A stretch of 64,000 bases of DNA from Phycisphaerales bacterium (GCA_965216865.1 OZ244206.1:967745-1031744), one strand, 5' to 3'. Shown: positions 6,653 through 16,889, counted from the stretch's first letter. Translations and numbers: made by a program. The notes: generated by a model from the sequence alone, not told the origin.

Positions 6653-7704
6653 CCCGCCCCCACCATGGCGGTTGGTTGGGTGGGGGTGAGTTTGAGGATT
6701 TCGGCGACGAGGTCGTCGGCGTTGACTCGGTCGGCTTCGGCTTCGAAGTTCAATAGGACGCGGTGGCGGAGGCAGGAGAGGGCGACATCTTTGATGTCTT
6801 CGTAGCTCACATGGAAGCGGCCGTCGACGAGGGCTCGGACTTTGCCGGCCAGGATCAATGCCTGGGCGCCGCGGGGGGAGACGCCGCAGCGGACATAGCG
6901 GTTGGTTGGGCCGTTGGGGCCGCCGGCGGCGGTGTCGGTTTCGGGGTGGGTGGCGAGGACGAGGCGTGCGGCGTACTGCTTGACATGGGGGGCGACGACG
7001 ACGGAGCGGACGAGCTCTTGCATCTCAAGGATGCGGTGGCCATCGACGATGGCGCTCGCGACTGGGTTTTCCGCGCCGGTGGTGCGGTCGATGATTTCCA
7101 TGAGGTCTTCGAGCCCGGCGTAGCCGACATCGATCTTGAGGAGGAAGCGGTCGAGCTGGGCTTCGGGGAGGGGGTAGGTGCCTTCCTGCTCGATGGGGTT
7201 TTGGGTGGCGAGGACGAGGAAGGGTTCGTCGAGTGTGTAGGTTTCGCCGGCGACGGTGACGGAGTGTTCCTGCATGGCTTCGAGGAGGGCGGATTGGGTC
7301 TTGGGTGTCGCTCGGTTGATTTCGTCGGCGAGGAGGACCTGGGCGAAGATGGGGCCCTTCTGGAACTCGAAGGAGCGTTTGCCGGTCTCGTTGTCTTCGC
7401 TGACGATGTTGGTGCCGATGACATCGGCGGGCATCAGGTCGGGTGTGAACTGGATGCGGTTGAAGGGCAGGTGGAGGGTCGTGGCGAGTGTGCGGACGAG
7501 GAGGGTTTTACCGAGACCGGGGACGCCTTCGAGCAGGACATTGCCGCCGGCGAAGAGTGCGACGAGGACGGCGTCGACGACGGGTTGTTGGCCGACCATG
7601 ACCTTTCCGATTTCTGTTCGCAGTTCGGAGAAGGTTTTGCGGAATGCGTCGCATTGTGCTTTGACTTCTGCGGGTGTCTCGAAGTGGTCTTGGTTGGCGG
7701 CCAT
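6649..7704 (-). CDS. MoxR-family AAA+ ATPase
   Basis: Walker A is LLEGVPGLGKT and Walker B is VLLADEINRA. The sequence ATQNPIEQEGTYPLPEAQLDRF is typical of MoxR. Confidence 0.92.
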   Translation of the reverse strand: MAANQDHFETPAEVKAQCDAFRKTFSELRTEIGKVMVGQQPVVDAVLVALFAGGNVLLEGVPGLGKTLLVRTLATTLHLPFNRIQFTPDLMPADVIGTNIVSEDNETGKRSFEFQKGPIFAQVLLADEINRATPKTQSALLEAMQEHSVTVAGETYTLDEPFLVLATQNPIEQEGTYPLPEAQLDRFLLKIDVGYAGLEDLMEIIDRTTGAENPVASAIVDGHRILEMQELVRSVVVAPHVKQYAARLVLATHPETDTAAGGPNGPTNRYVRCGVSPRGAQALILAGKVRALVDGRFHVSYEDIKDVALSCLRHRVLLNFEAEADRVNADDLVAEILKLTPTQPTAMVGAG

Positions 7705-7744
7705 GGTGGGCTCCTATCGGGAAATGACGCGTTGTGCGTGTGGT

Positions 7745-10700
7745 TCAGTCTTTTGAATCGTTCATGTCGTCGCGGGCGCGCTTCTTTGCGGCACGCAGTG
7801 CGGAGAGTGAGTCGACGGGTTCGTCTTTGGGTTTCTCGACCATTCGTTTGGGTTTGCCGATGGTTGGCTTGTCCTGCTCTTCTTCGCCGGTGAGTGCGAT
7901 GGGCTCGGCGGACTTGGCGCGCTCGGGGTTTGCTTCGAACTTGCGGGAAGACTGCTGCTTGCGGTCGTCTCCGGTTCGTGATTGGGCGCGGGTGCGTGCC
8001 ATGCGCATGGCTTCGGTGGAAGCCTCGGACTTGCGGGATTCCTTGGTGGCGCCGCGGCGGACGAATGCGGCGATCATGGCGGGGTCTATTCTCACGCGTC
8101 GGACGGCGACATCGAGGAGGAAGATTCCGATGCCGATGATGGCGAAGAGGAGCCATGCGGGGGTGAGGGTGACGGGCATCTCGAGCCCTTCGCGTCCCCA
8201 GAGGTCGGCGAGTGATGGGTCGGATGGGAGTTCGCGGCCGCCGGTGATCGAGGCGACTTGTTTGAGGAGGGGGAGGTTTGTTTCGAGTGCTTTGAACTCG
8301 TCGGCGAAGGGTCTTGTGACGGCTGCTTGGGCACTGCCGTTGATGACATTGCCGTCTGATCCCGGTGCGCGGTAGAGCAGGTTGACGACATATTCGCCTG
8401 CGTCTTCTGTGTTGAACTCTCCCTCGTAGCGGCCCGGCCCGACCTGTTGGACCTCAACGGAAACGCCCTCGCCGTTGGGAGTGGAGGTTCGTGCCTGGAA
8501 GTCTGCGAAGTTGAGTCGTTCGCCTTCGGGGTCGAATGCTTCGATGATGACGCGTGTTTTTTCGCCGATGTTTTCTGTTGATACGCGGAGTGTTGCGTCG
8601 CCTGAGGGGCGCATGGTCCAGCGGATGTGTTGTTCCCAGAACTGTGAGAATCCGGGCCATGCGACCCAGCTTCCTGCCCAGCGTGTGGATGCGTCTGAGG
8701 TGAAGGTGACGACACGGCCGAGGCCGTATTGCCATTGTGCGGCGATGGGGTCTTCCTCTTTGCCTCGGAGTGTGACGAGTGAGAGGCCTTCGCGTTCTGC
8801 GGCGACGACATAGCCGTTGATTGGTGGGACGGCGTTGATGCCTCGCATTGTTTCGGCGGGTACGCCTGTGCGTGCTGGCGAGAAGGGTTCGCCTTCCCAG
8901 ATGAGTGCGCGGCGGATGGTTTGGGCTTCTTTGATGAAGATCTGGGGGAGGGTGGCGAGTGCGTTGTTGGCGACTGCGTAGTAGGTTCCGCCCGTGACAT
9001 TGGCCATGGTGCGGAGGGTGTTGGTGTCTGAGGGCGAGTGCGGGTTGACGCCGACTGCGGAGATGGTGATGCCTGCGCTTTTGAAGTCGCGGAGGAGTGA
9101 GCGGGACATGGAGGGGTCGCCGTCGGAGATGACGATGCAGTGCTTCTGTCCGGCGGCTGCGTTGCTGAGCCCAGAGAGTGCGAGTTGGAGGGAGGGGTCG
9201 AAGGAGGGCATGTCGCCGAAGGTGAGGTTCTGGATTGCCTGTTTGACGGCGACGCGGTCACCCACGGGGCTCATTGGGTAGACCCAGTCTGTGCCTCCGA
9301 GTCCTTGGTATTCGATGATGCCGACGAGGTCGAGTCTTGAGAGGGCGTCGACGGCTGCGTTTGAGATCTCTTTGCCGTAGTAGACGCCTTGTGGGATCTC
9401 GACGGAGTGGACGATGAGGGCGAGTGCGCCGCGTGGCATCTGTCGTTTTTGTGGTGGGTCGAGGCGGATTGGGAGTGCGTCTGCGAGGGGTGAACCGATC
9501 CATCCGCCTGCGCCGAAGGACTCGGGCCCGCCGACCATGACGAGGCCGCCGCCGGTGTCTTTGATGTATTGGCGGAGGAGTTCCTGCTGCGCTTCGGAGT
9601 AGGCGTATGCGGATTGGTTGAGGAAGACGATGCCTTCGTAGGATGCGAGATCGGGGAGTGTGGTTGGGAACTGTGATGAGGGGATTCGTCTTGTCGCGAC
9701 CTTGGCGCGTGCGAGGACATCCTCGAAGACGATGGCTTCGTTGGAGTCGTCGGCGACGATCAGGACTGTGCCTTCGGATCCGACGAAGGTGATCGCGGAC
9801 CCGCGATTATTTTCGGTGATGGAATCGCCTTGGGTTCCTGTGGAGTTGCCTTCGGCTGTGAGTCCGGTGAGGGGTTCGAAGACGGCCTCGTATGTGATTG
9901 CGCCGGGGCGGGTGACATCGAGGGCGACAGAGAGAACATTTCTGCCGGGTTTGAGTTCGACGATCTTGCCGAGCTCTGTCTCATCGGCGGGGTTGATGTC
10001 GATGAGGGTGCCGTCTTGGGAGATGAGCAGGCGTCCTGCGGCGGGTGTCGTTGCGTTGAGGACGACCTTGAGGGTGACGGTGTCGCCCACGCGTGAGTTT
10101 GCGGGGACCTGGACATTCTCGACGATGACCTCGTCCGCGTATGCGAACTCGACGGGGAGGATGTCGATGGGGATGCCCTGGGCTTTGGCGGCTTGTGCGG
10201 CTCGTAGGAGTGAGCCGTCGGTCTCGTTGCCGTCGGAAATGAGGACGATGCGGTTGGCGACATTGTCAGGTGCGGACGCGATGGCGAGCGAGACGCCGGA
10301 CATGAGGTTTGTGCCGTCGGTTGCGCCGATGAACTGTCGATCGACGCGGGTTGTGGCGCGTGATACGGATGCCTGGGAGTATGCGTTTTCTGCGACGGTG
10401 ATGACACCGAGCTCGTCGTTTGTTTGACGGGAGTCCTGTTGTGCCTGTGCGATGTATGCGTCGATCTGTTCCTGAGCGCCGGAGGGGATTGAGCGGGATG
10501 CGTCGACGATGACGGTGACGCCGACATCCTTTGAGACATCGCGGAGGGATGGTTCTGCGAGTGCGGCGACGATGAGAGTGATGGCGATCAGGCGGACGAC
10601 GAGGGCGACGACGCGGGAGGACTTGCCGAGGCCGGAGATTGATTTTCTCGCGATGAAGATGGTGAGTATCGCGAGGAATGGTATGAGGAGCAGGTATGTC

Positions 10701-10765
10701 TCTCGCTGGAACTGGATGGGTCCGATCGCGAGCTCGGCGAGGGTGTAGTGGGTGGCGTGGGTCAT
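7745..10765 (-). CDS. large membrane protein with two vWA-like domains (BatB-like)
   Basis: An N-terminal TM region is followed by VTVIVDASRSI and a second vWA-like motif, HCIVISDGDPS. A C-terminal TM helix and a charged tail are present. The 1006-aa ORF overlaps the upstream gene by 4 nt. Confidence 0.8.
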   Translation of the reverse strand: MTHATHYTLAELAIGPIQFQRETYLLLIPFLAILTIFIARKSISGLGKSSRVVALVVRLIAITLIVAALAEPSLRDVSKDVGVTVIVDASRSIPSGAQEQIDAYIAQAQQDSRQTNDELGVITVAENAYSQASVSRATTRVDRQFIGATDGTNLMSGVSLAIASAPDNVANRIVLISDGNETDGSLLRAAQAAKAQGIPIDILPVEFAYADEVIVENVQVPANSRVGDTVTLKVVLNATTPAAGRLLISQDGTLIDINPADETELGKIVELKPGRNVLSVALDVTRPGAITYEAVFEPLTGLTAEGNSTGTQGDSITENNRGSAITFVGSEGTVLIVADDSNEAIVFEDVLARAKVATRRIPSSQFPTTLPDLASYEGIVFLNQSAYAYSEAQQELLRQYIKDTGGGLVMVGGPESFGAGGWIGSPLADALPIRLDPPQKRQMPRGALALIVHSVEIPQGVYYGKEISNAAVDALSRLDLVGIIEYQGLGGTDWVYPMSPVGDRVAVKQAIQNLTFGDMPSFDPSLQLALSGLSNAAAGQKHCIVISDGDPSMSRSLLRDFKSAGITISAVGVNPHSPSDTNTLRTMANVTGGTYYAVANNALATLPQIFIKEAQTIRRALIWEGEPFSPARTGVPAETMRGINAVPPINGYVVAAEREGLSLVTLRGKEEDPIAAQWQYGLGRVVTFTSDASTRWAGSWVAWPGFSQFWEQHIRWTMRPSGDATLRVSTENIGEKTRVIIEAFDPEGERLNFADFQARTSTPNGEGVSVEVQQVGPGRYEGEFNTEDAGEYVVNLLYRAPGSDGNVINGSAQAAVTRPFADEFKALETNLPLLKQVASITGGRELPSDPSLADLWGREGLEMPVTLTPAWLLFAIIGIGIFLLDVAVRRVRIDPAMIAAFVRRGATKESRKSEASTEAMRMARTRAQSRTGDDRKQQSSRKFEANPERAKSAEPIALTGEEEQDKPTIGKPKRMVEKPKDEPVDSLSALRAAKKRARDDMNDSKD

Positions 10766-11880
10766 GGGGTGCCCCCCGCGGTGGGCTGGGTGTACTCACG
10801 GGGGAGATCGATCGGGAGATCGCAGAACTGGAGTCGTGAGTTGCCTGAATCGAGTATCACGAGTTGGTCCCCGGCGACGCCGACTGCCCATGGTTGGGCG
10901 AGCTGTCCGACGCTGCGCCCTGTCTCACCATACCGGAAAAGGTGCTCGCCGGATTCAAGATCGATGCGTGTTATTCGATTCCCGCCAAACTCTGCGATGA
11001 GTGCGGTGTTGTCTTCGAGGATTGTCAGCCCGTATGGGAAGTTGAAGGCGTTGTCGGAAGTATCGAGTGGATCTCCATACCAGGTGATGAGTTCGCCCTG
11101 TGTGGTGATGCGTCCGATTCGATGATGCGATGCGGATGTGACGACGATCTCGCGCTGGTTGGTGGTTGGGTTGGTCCAGAGTTCGATGGATTGTGGGCGG
11201 GACATGGCGAGGGGATGGTCGGATGCGTCGACCTCTTCGCCGACGACGCCGATCTGGGAATACCATATGACGCTGGGCGGGTTGGTGGAACGATCTATGC
11301 GGAAGTGGTTTATGCGATCGTTCCCGCCGTATTCGGAGACATAGAGATCGGTGACGGCATTGTTTTCGTCTGTGTCCACGGCGATGTCTGTGGGGTAGAT
11401 GAACTGCCCGGGTTCTTCGCCAAATGATCCGAACTGGAAATCGGGTTCTGTGGGCTGTGGGTCGTCCGTTGGGGGGAGGGGCAGCTCGTACATGAGTACG
11501 CGGAACTCGTGGGTGTCGGCGACATAGATCGCGAGCTTGGTTTCGTCGAGGAGTGAGGGTGCGGCGGTGAGACCGGTGGGTTTTCCGCGATCCCATCTGG
11601 GTGTGTGGATGGCGCCGATGACGGTGCCTGTCTCGAGGTTCATGAGTTGGAGGCGTGCGGTCTTGTCGACGAGGATGGCGTGCGGTGCCCCCTCGTATTC
11701 GAAGATATCCATGCCTCTTGGGTAGACGAACTGCCCGTTGTAGGTGCCCGACTCGCCGATCACGCGCGTTGTGTTGAGGGATGCGGAGGCTTCGAGCCCT
11801 TTGCCGTCACATCCGCATAGCACGCAAGCGATCGCGCTGAGGAGGGGGAGGACGGCATGTCGTGTGTGGGTACGGATCAT
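10762..11880 (-). CDS. NHL-repeat beta-propeller lipoprotein
   Basis: A lipobox is present (LLSAIACVLCGC). NHL-like blades recur: GQFVYPRGMD, GQFIYPTDIAVD, FNFPYGLTI, GQLAQPWAVGVAGD. Confidence 0.75.
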   Translation of the reverse strand: MIRTHTRHAVLPLLSAIACVLCGCDGKGLEASASLNTTRVIGESGTYNGQFVYPRGMDIFEYEGAPHAILVDKTARLQLMNLETGTVIGAIHTPRWDRGKPTGLTAAPSLLDETKLAIYVADTHEFRVLMYELPLPPTDDPQPTEPDFQFGSFGEEPGQFIYPTDIAVDTDENNAVTDLYVSEYGGNDRINHFRIDRSTNPPSVIWYSQIGVVGEEVDASDHPLAMSRPQSIELWTNPTTNQREIVVTSASHHRIGRITTQGELITWYGDPLDTSDNAFNFPYGLTILEDNTALIAEFGGNRITRIDLESGEHLFRYGETGRSVGQLAQPWAVGVAGDQLVILDSGNSRLQFCDLPIDLPREYTQPTAGGTP

Positions 11881-11944
11881 GTATGAGCGCGATTGAATAT
11901 CAATATCATATAGGCGTACCGGGACGATGGGGTTGAGTTGCTTG

Positions 11945-13546
11945 TCATGTTGGGTTGTTTCGGCGTGTGAGGAGGAGCGACGCGATGAGCGAGAAGATCA
12001 CCCCGAGCGTGAGCAGGTTGACCCCCGCGGCGCTCAGTTGCTCCAGGCGAGTGTAGTGAAGATCGGAGAGGAGTTGCTGCGGGAGTGAATCGATGCCCGG
12101 TGGGGTCACGAGGACGGCGGACTCGATCTCGAACAGCGCGAGCAAGAATACCACGGGTACGCACGCGAGGAGGGGGAGAAGGAAGCTGGGGAGGGTCGCG
12201 ATTGCCCATGCGCGGATGGATGGGCCTGCGATCTGGATGCGTGCGCTGCGTCTGTCGGGCGATTCGGAGCTGGCGCAGAGGACGCCGACGATTGCGGCGA
12301 TGAAGGCGTATCGGGTGAGTGAGGCCCAGAACGGCGCGAGGTCGGGGAGGTCGAACCCGATGATCCCGTTTCGGGCGATGGAAGCGCCGATGAGGACGCC
12401 GGGCATGAGGCCGAGGATGCAGAGTGCGATCAGCGCGATTCGTGCGATGCGACGGTGGATCGGGATGGGTGAGGTTGACGCGAATGCGAATGACAGGGCG
12501 ATGAAGAGGGATGCGAGTGCCACCATGAACGCGGTGAGTGAGGTTTCCGCGACGGCAGAGGCGTGTCGTTCCCAGAATACGAGGACACTTCGTGTGTCCG
12601 CGAGGGTGAGGAGCATCGCGAGCAGCGGCACGAGCACGGCGAGTGTGAAAACGGCGAGAGTCGCGGCGGTGCTTGCGCGGGAGACGGTTGGCGGCTGCGT
12701 GATCGGGTCTTCGTGGGCGAGGCGTTCGCTGAGGATGGACGCGATGAGCTTGGCGCCCAGCAGCGCGGTGATGAGCATGGGGATGGATGAGACCCATATC
12801 CGCCCCCACTGCTCTGGCGGGTGCTCGGTGAGTTGTCTCCATGTGACAATCGACCATGTGTCGAGTTGGGCGAGGTGCAGGGGCACCGCGGAGCCGAGCA
12901 TCAGGATAGCGATGAGTGTGAATGCGCGGAACAGTACTGCCCGGCGCAGGCGCAGGTTGAACAGGGTCCTGCGGACTCGTCCGATTGGTTCGAGCGCGAT
13001 CATGTCGTCGTATATACCGGATCGCGAACCCCACCCTGATGCGATGAGGACGGCGGCGATGGGAGCGGACCAGAGCGCGAGGCCGAGCACGGCGATCGCG
13101 TACCCGGCCCAGATCGTGACCCAGCGGAGATCCGGTGAGGAGGTGGCGTAGTGCACCAGCGCTCGCCCCACGATCGTGCCCGGATCCCGTAGCAAGTTCC
13201 CCGCGGCGTAGATCATGAACGGGGGGAGCCAGATGGGACAGAGCATCAAGGCGCTGAGGATGGTCGTGGATGGGGTTCGGCGTGCTGTCAGGACGCGCGC
13301 GAGCGGGTAGGCGAGCATGGTCGCGATGAGCGCGATGAGGGCCACAGTGAGAATCGATCGGGCGAGGAGGACGAAGCGTGGGATGGTGAAGAGGGCGTCG
13401 GGGAGGGCGCCGATGTCTGTGATGATGGCCCGCGCGAGTGTGAGCATGGGCGTGAGCGATAGCGCGAGTGTGATGATCGCGATGGAAACGGTGAGCATGT
13501 GCGCGATGCGATCGGTGCCCGGTTTGAGTGGTTCCTGTTTGGGCAT
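11945..13546 (-). CDS. two-domain ABC transporter permease (FbpB/ThiP-like)
   Basis: There are ~12 TM helices in two halves. The tail LFEIESAVLVTPPGIDSLPQQLLSDLHYTRLEQLSAAGV resembles the C-terminal signature of iron(III)-type permeases. The start is set at MPKQEPL (13546) to avoid the accB promoter region. Confidence 0.6.
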   Translation of the reverse strand: MPKQEPLKPGTDRIAHMLTVSIAIITLALSLTPMLTLARAIITDIGALPDALFTIPRFVLLARSILTVALIALIATMLAYPLARVLTARRTPSTTILSALMLCPIWLPPFMIYAAGNLLRDPGTIVGRALVHYATSSPDLRWVTIWAGYAIAVLGLALWSAPIAAVLIASGWGSRSGIYDDMIALEPIGRVRRTLFNLRLRRAVLFRAFTLIAILMLGSAVPLHLAQLDTWSIVTWRQLTEHPPEQWGRIWVSSIPMLITALLGAKLIASILSERLAHEDPITQPPTVSRASTAATLAVFTLAVLVPLLAMLLTLADTRSVLVFWERHASAVAETSLTAFMVALASLFIALSFAFASTSPIPIHRRIARIALIALCILGLMPGVLIGASIARNGIIGFDLPDLAPFWASLTRYAFIAAIVGVLCASSESPDRRSARIQIAGPSIRAWAIATLPSFLLPLLACVPVVFLLALFEIESAVLVTPPGIDSLPQQLLSDLHYTRLEQLSAAGVNLLTLGVIFSLIASLLLTRRNNPT

Positions 13547-13711
13547 CAGTCGTATGGACCTCAACGGGTTCGGGAAAGATCGAAGCGTGATCGTGCGCAT
13601 TCGCGTTGAATGGGGTTCGAGGGTATGATACAGACCAATGCACGCGGGGTTCCCCTCGATCGGATATCGCGGGATGCGCGTGCGGAACTTCACACACTGT
13701 CGAAACACACC

Positions 13712-14170
13712 ATGATTGATATTCGCAAACTAAAAGAGCTGGTCCGTCTGATGGTTGAGAACGAGCTGACGGAGATTGACCTCCACGATCAGCAGGAAAC
13801 GGTCACCATCAAGCGCGGCGGCGATCAGGCACCGATCATTCAACAGGCACCCGTCGCGATGCCCGCGGCACCGGCTGCGGGATCTGCACCGGCGGCGGCT
13901 CCTGCAGCGGAGGCGCCCGCGGCCCCGGCAGCGGAAGCCAAGACGATCGACTCGCCGATGGTCGGGACTTTCTATACCAAGCCGAGCCCTGATGCGAAGT
14001 CGTTCGTGTCCGTGGGTGACAATGTGGGGCCTGACACGGTGGTGTGTCTGGTTGAAGCGATGAAGGTCTTTAATGAGATCAAGGCAGAACAGTCGGGCGT
14101 TGTTGAGAAGATCCTTGTGAAGGATGGCGATGCCGTGGAGTTCGGACAGCCGCTGATCGTGCTCAAGTAA
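13712..14170 (+). CDS. accB: acetyl-CoA carboxylase biotin carboxyl carrier protein
   Basis: The protein starts MIDIRKLKELVRLM, has an Ala/Pro linker, and carries the biotinylation motif EAMKVFNEI. Confidence 0.93.
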   Translation: MIDIRKLKELVRLMVENELTEIDLHDQQETVTIKRGGDQAPIIQQAPVAMPAAPAAGSAPAAAPAAEAPAAPAAEAKTIDSPMVGTFYTKPSPDAKSFVSVGDNVGPDTVVCLVEAMKVFNEIKAEQSGVVEKILVKDGDAVEFGQPLIVLK

Positions 14171-14252
14171 ATCCATTCAACTATTCCTGCGCCGCGGGGA
14201 AGTCTGTGTGTTCTCCGCCCTGAATCATGCGCCGCGATCGAGAGACGAACCC

Positions 14253-15596
14253 ATGTTTAAACGCGTGTTGATTGCGAACCGTGGTGAGATTGCCCAGCGG
14301 ATCATGCGGGCTTGTCATGAGCTCGATATCGAGACGGTCTGCGTCTATTCGACTGCGGACAAGGACGCGCCGTATCTCAAGGATGCGGACGAGGCGATCT
14401 GTATTGGCCCCGGGCCATCGAAAGACTCGTACCTGAACATCGCGCGGATCATCAGTGCCGCGGAGGTGACCAACGCGGACGCGATCCACCCCGGCTACGG
14501 GTTCCTGAGCGAGCGTGCGGAGTTCAGCGAGATCTGCCGTGATTGTAAGATCGAGTTCATCGGCCCGAGCCCCGAGGCGATGGGGAAGCTGGGCGATAAG
14601 GTCGAGGCGAAGCGTTACGCGAAAGCGGCGGGCGTGCCCGTGTTCCCTGGCAGCGAGGGCGCGATCGAGGAAGTCGAAGAGGCCGTCGAGGTTGCCAGTG
14701 AGATCGGGTACCCTGTGATCATCAAGGCGGCGGCGGGCGGCGGCGGGCGCGGGATGCGGATCTGCCGCAACGAGGCGACGCTGCGCACGAACATCAGCAA
14801 GGCGCAGCAAGAGGCGCTGGCGGCGTTCGGCAACGGAGCGGTGTTTATCGAGAAGTTCCTCGAGCACGCACGCCATGTTGAGGTCCAGACCATTGGTGAC
14901 AAGCACGGCAACGCGATCCACCTGTGGGAGCGTGACTGTTCGATGCAGCGTCGTCACCAGAAGGTGATCGAGGAAGCGCCCGGGCCGGGCATCGATCGCA
15001 AGAAGATCGAGAAGATCTGCGAATCGGCGGCGAAGCTGGTCAAGAGCGCCGAGTATTCTGGCGCGGCAACGGTCGAGTTCCTGATGGACGACAAGCAGAA
15101 CTTCTACATGCTCGAGGTGAACACTCGTGTTCAGGTGGAGCACCCTGTAACGGAGATGATCACTGGCGTGGACATCGTGAAGATGTCGATCATGGTCGCT
15201 GCGGGCGAGAAGATCCCGTACAAGCAGAAAGAGATCAAGGTCAACGGTCACGCGATCGAGTGCCGCATCTGCGCGGAGGACCACACGAAGGACTTCCGCC
15301 CGAGCGCTGGACTGATTGAGACCTACCGTGCGCCCGGGGGGCTTGGCGTTCGAATGGACAGCCATGTGTGCGCCGGGTATCGGGTGCCTCCGAACTACGA
15401 CTCGATGATCGGGAAGATGATCGTGTGGGGCGCGGATCGTGACGCGGCGATCAAGCGTGCGTCGCGGGCGCTACACGAGTTCAAGGTCGGGCCGATCAAG
15501 ACGACGATCCCGCTGCACGCGGAACTGATGAACAACGCGGACTTCAAGAAGGGCGGCGTTGATATTCATTATCTGGAGCGGTGGCTGAAGGGGTGA
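14253..15596 (+). CDS. accC: acetyl-CoA carboxylase biotin carboxylase subunit
   Basis: MFKRVLIANRGEIA..., GYPVIIKAAAGGGGRGMR and EVNTRVQVEHPVTE are present. Confidence 0.95.
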   Translation: MFKRVLIANRGEIAQRIMRACHELDIETVCVYSTADKDAPYLKDADEAICIGPGPSKDSYLNIARIISAAEVTNADAIHPGYGFLSERAEFSEICRDCKIEFIGPSPEAMGKLGDKVEAKRYAKAAGVPVFPGSEGAIEEVEEAVEVASEIGYPVIIKAAAGGGGRGMRICRNEATLRTNISKAQQEALAAFGNGAVFIEKFLEHARHVEVQTIGDKHGNAIHLWERDCSMQRRHQKVIEEAPGPGIDRKKIEKICESAAKLVKSAEYSGAATVEFLMDDKQNFYMLEVNTRVQVEHPVTEMITGVDIVKMSIMVAAGEKIPYKQKEIKVNGHAIECRICAEDHTKDFRPSAGLIETYRAPGGLGVRMDSHVCAGYRVPPNYDSMIGKMIVWGADRDAAIKRASRALHEFKVGPIKTTIPLHAELMNNADFKKGGVDIHYLERWLKG

Positions 15597-15605
15597 ACAA
15601 CGTGT

Positions 15606-16877
15606 TCAGTCCTCTTCCTCGAGCCACTCCCAATCAATCTCAAGATCAGCGTCGGCAATTGCATCGATCCACCCCGGCAGCGAATCCGCGATGGGCAAAT
15701 CGAAATCGATACCCGTCTCATGGTCGAAGAAGAAGACCTTTCCGGCTTGGGACCCTTTCGTAATAACAAAGAACGCATCGGGCGATTCATGCACCTGAGC
15801 GAACAAAAGCAGGTCCCGCTTTGAGCATGGGGCGAGCTTTGCATCTGGCTCCATACCGATCGACTCAGCGTATCGGTTTGCTTCCTCGATGGCTTCGGGA
15901 TCGAAGCAGTCCAGAGCGCTGTCCCATTCCAGCATTTCTTTCTTATGCTTTGCCATCGCGTCTGGTGAAATGATCCATAGCGGCGCCTCCAGCTCGCCCT
16001 TTGGGATGAAGAACCCGCCCCAAGCGTGAGTGAGATAGAAATCGTGTAGTTGCTGCACAAACGGAGTCTTTGGCTTGCGAAGTGCTGCGGGCCATTTCCG
16101 AGATGGTTTATCCGCGATCGGGATGAACGCGTGTCGGTATGCATCGTCATTTGGGGTGATACGGTCGATGGCATCGCGGACCGATGTACAGAGCGAATCG
16201 CTTCTAGACGCAAGGCTCTCGAGGATCTGGCGTTGTTGCTCTTTACGCTCTTGGTCTGCAATCTCGTACGCAGCTTGCTCAGCCTCAAGGTCTTTCCATT
16301 TGTACTTGCTCCAGTCATGTGGCCCGTTAGGCCAGAGGGGCCCGAGATCATCTGGCGGAAGTGGTGTGTCAGATGTCAGCTCACCCGATTCGAATGCGAG
16401 TCGGATCTTTTTGAAGTCCTCCCAGTTTGCATCCTTGACGATGCGGGTTGCTTTGCGACTATCCGACTTTGGCGTGATGTTCCACATCAGCATGTCACAT
16501 GCACCACAGGTCGATTGCCCACCAGATCCACACACTGTCATCGCGTAGTAGACACAAAGCCAGCAGAATCTGTTGTATGTTCCCCCTTCAAATCGATCGA
16601 GGATTCTCTTGCATTCCTTGAACCCTTCCGTCCCGAGTACATACACGTTTTCACCGAGTTCCGCGGTTGAGGCAATGTGCTTGAGTTGATCCATGACTCG
16701 GTTCAGCAACAGAGTTGCTTCCTCTGGCCAAGGCTCGGCACCGATATGCGGCATGATATCACACATGCGTGATAGCGCACGGTACGACAAGGCTGCGCCC
16801 GCGTGCGCGAGGAGATCCTCGACTTCGACATTCAGCATGACAGGGCGTGGTGATTCCAATGCAAGGCTTTCTCTCAA
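15606..16877 (-). CDS. hypothetical protein with C-terminal SMI1/KNR4 (SUKH)-like domain
   Basis: The C-terminal ~150 aa (LLLFAQVHESPDAFFVITKGSQAGKVFFFDHETG...LPGWIDAI) fit the SUKH pattern. The Cys-rich N-terminal ~250 aa are unrecognised. GC is lower than in neighbouring genes. Confidence 0.6.
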   Translation of the reverse strand: MRESLALESPRPVMLNVEVEDLLAHAGAALSYRALSRMCDIMPHIGAEPWPEEATLLLNRVMDQLKHIASTAELGENVYVLGTEGFKECKRILDRFEGGTYNRFCWLCVYYAMTVCGSGGQSTCGACDMLMWNITPKSDSRKATRIVKDANWEDFKKIRLAFESGELTSDTPLPPDDLGPLWPNGPHDWSKYKWKDLEAEQAAYEIADQERKEQQRQILESLASRSDSLCTSVRDAIDRITPNDDAYRHAFIPIADKPSRKWPAALRKPKTPFVQQLHDFYLTHAWGGFFIPKGELEAPLWIISPDAMAKHKKEMLEWDSALDCFDPEAIEEANRYAESIGMEPDAKLAPCSKRDLLLFAQVHESPDAFFVITKGSQAGKVFFFDHETGIDFDLPIADSLPGWIDAIADADLEIDWEWLEEED

Positions 16878-16889
16878 CTTTGTGCGCTG

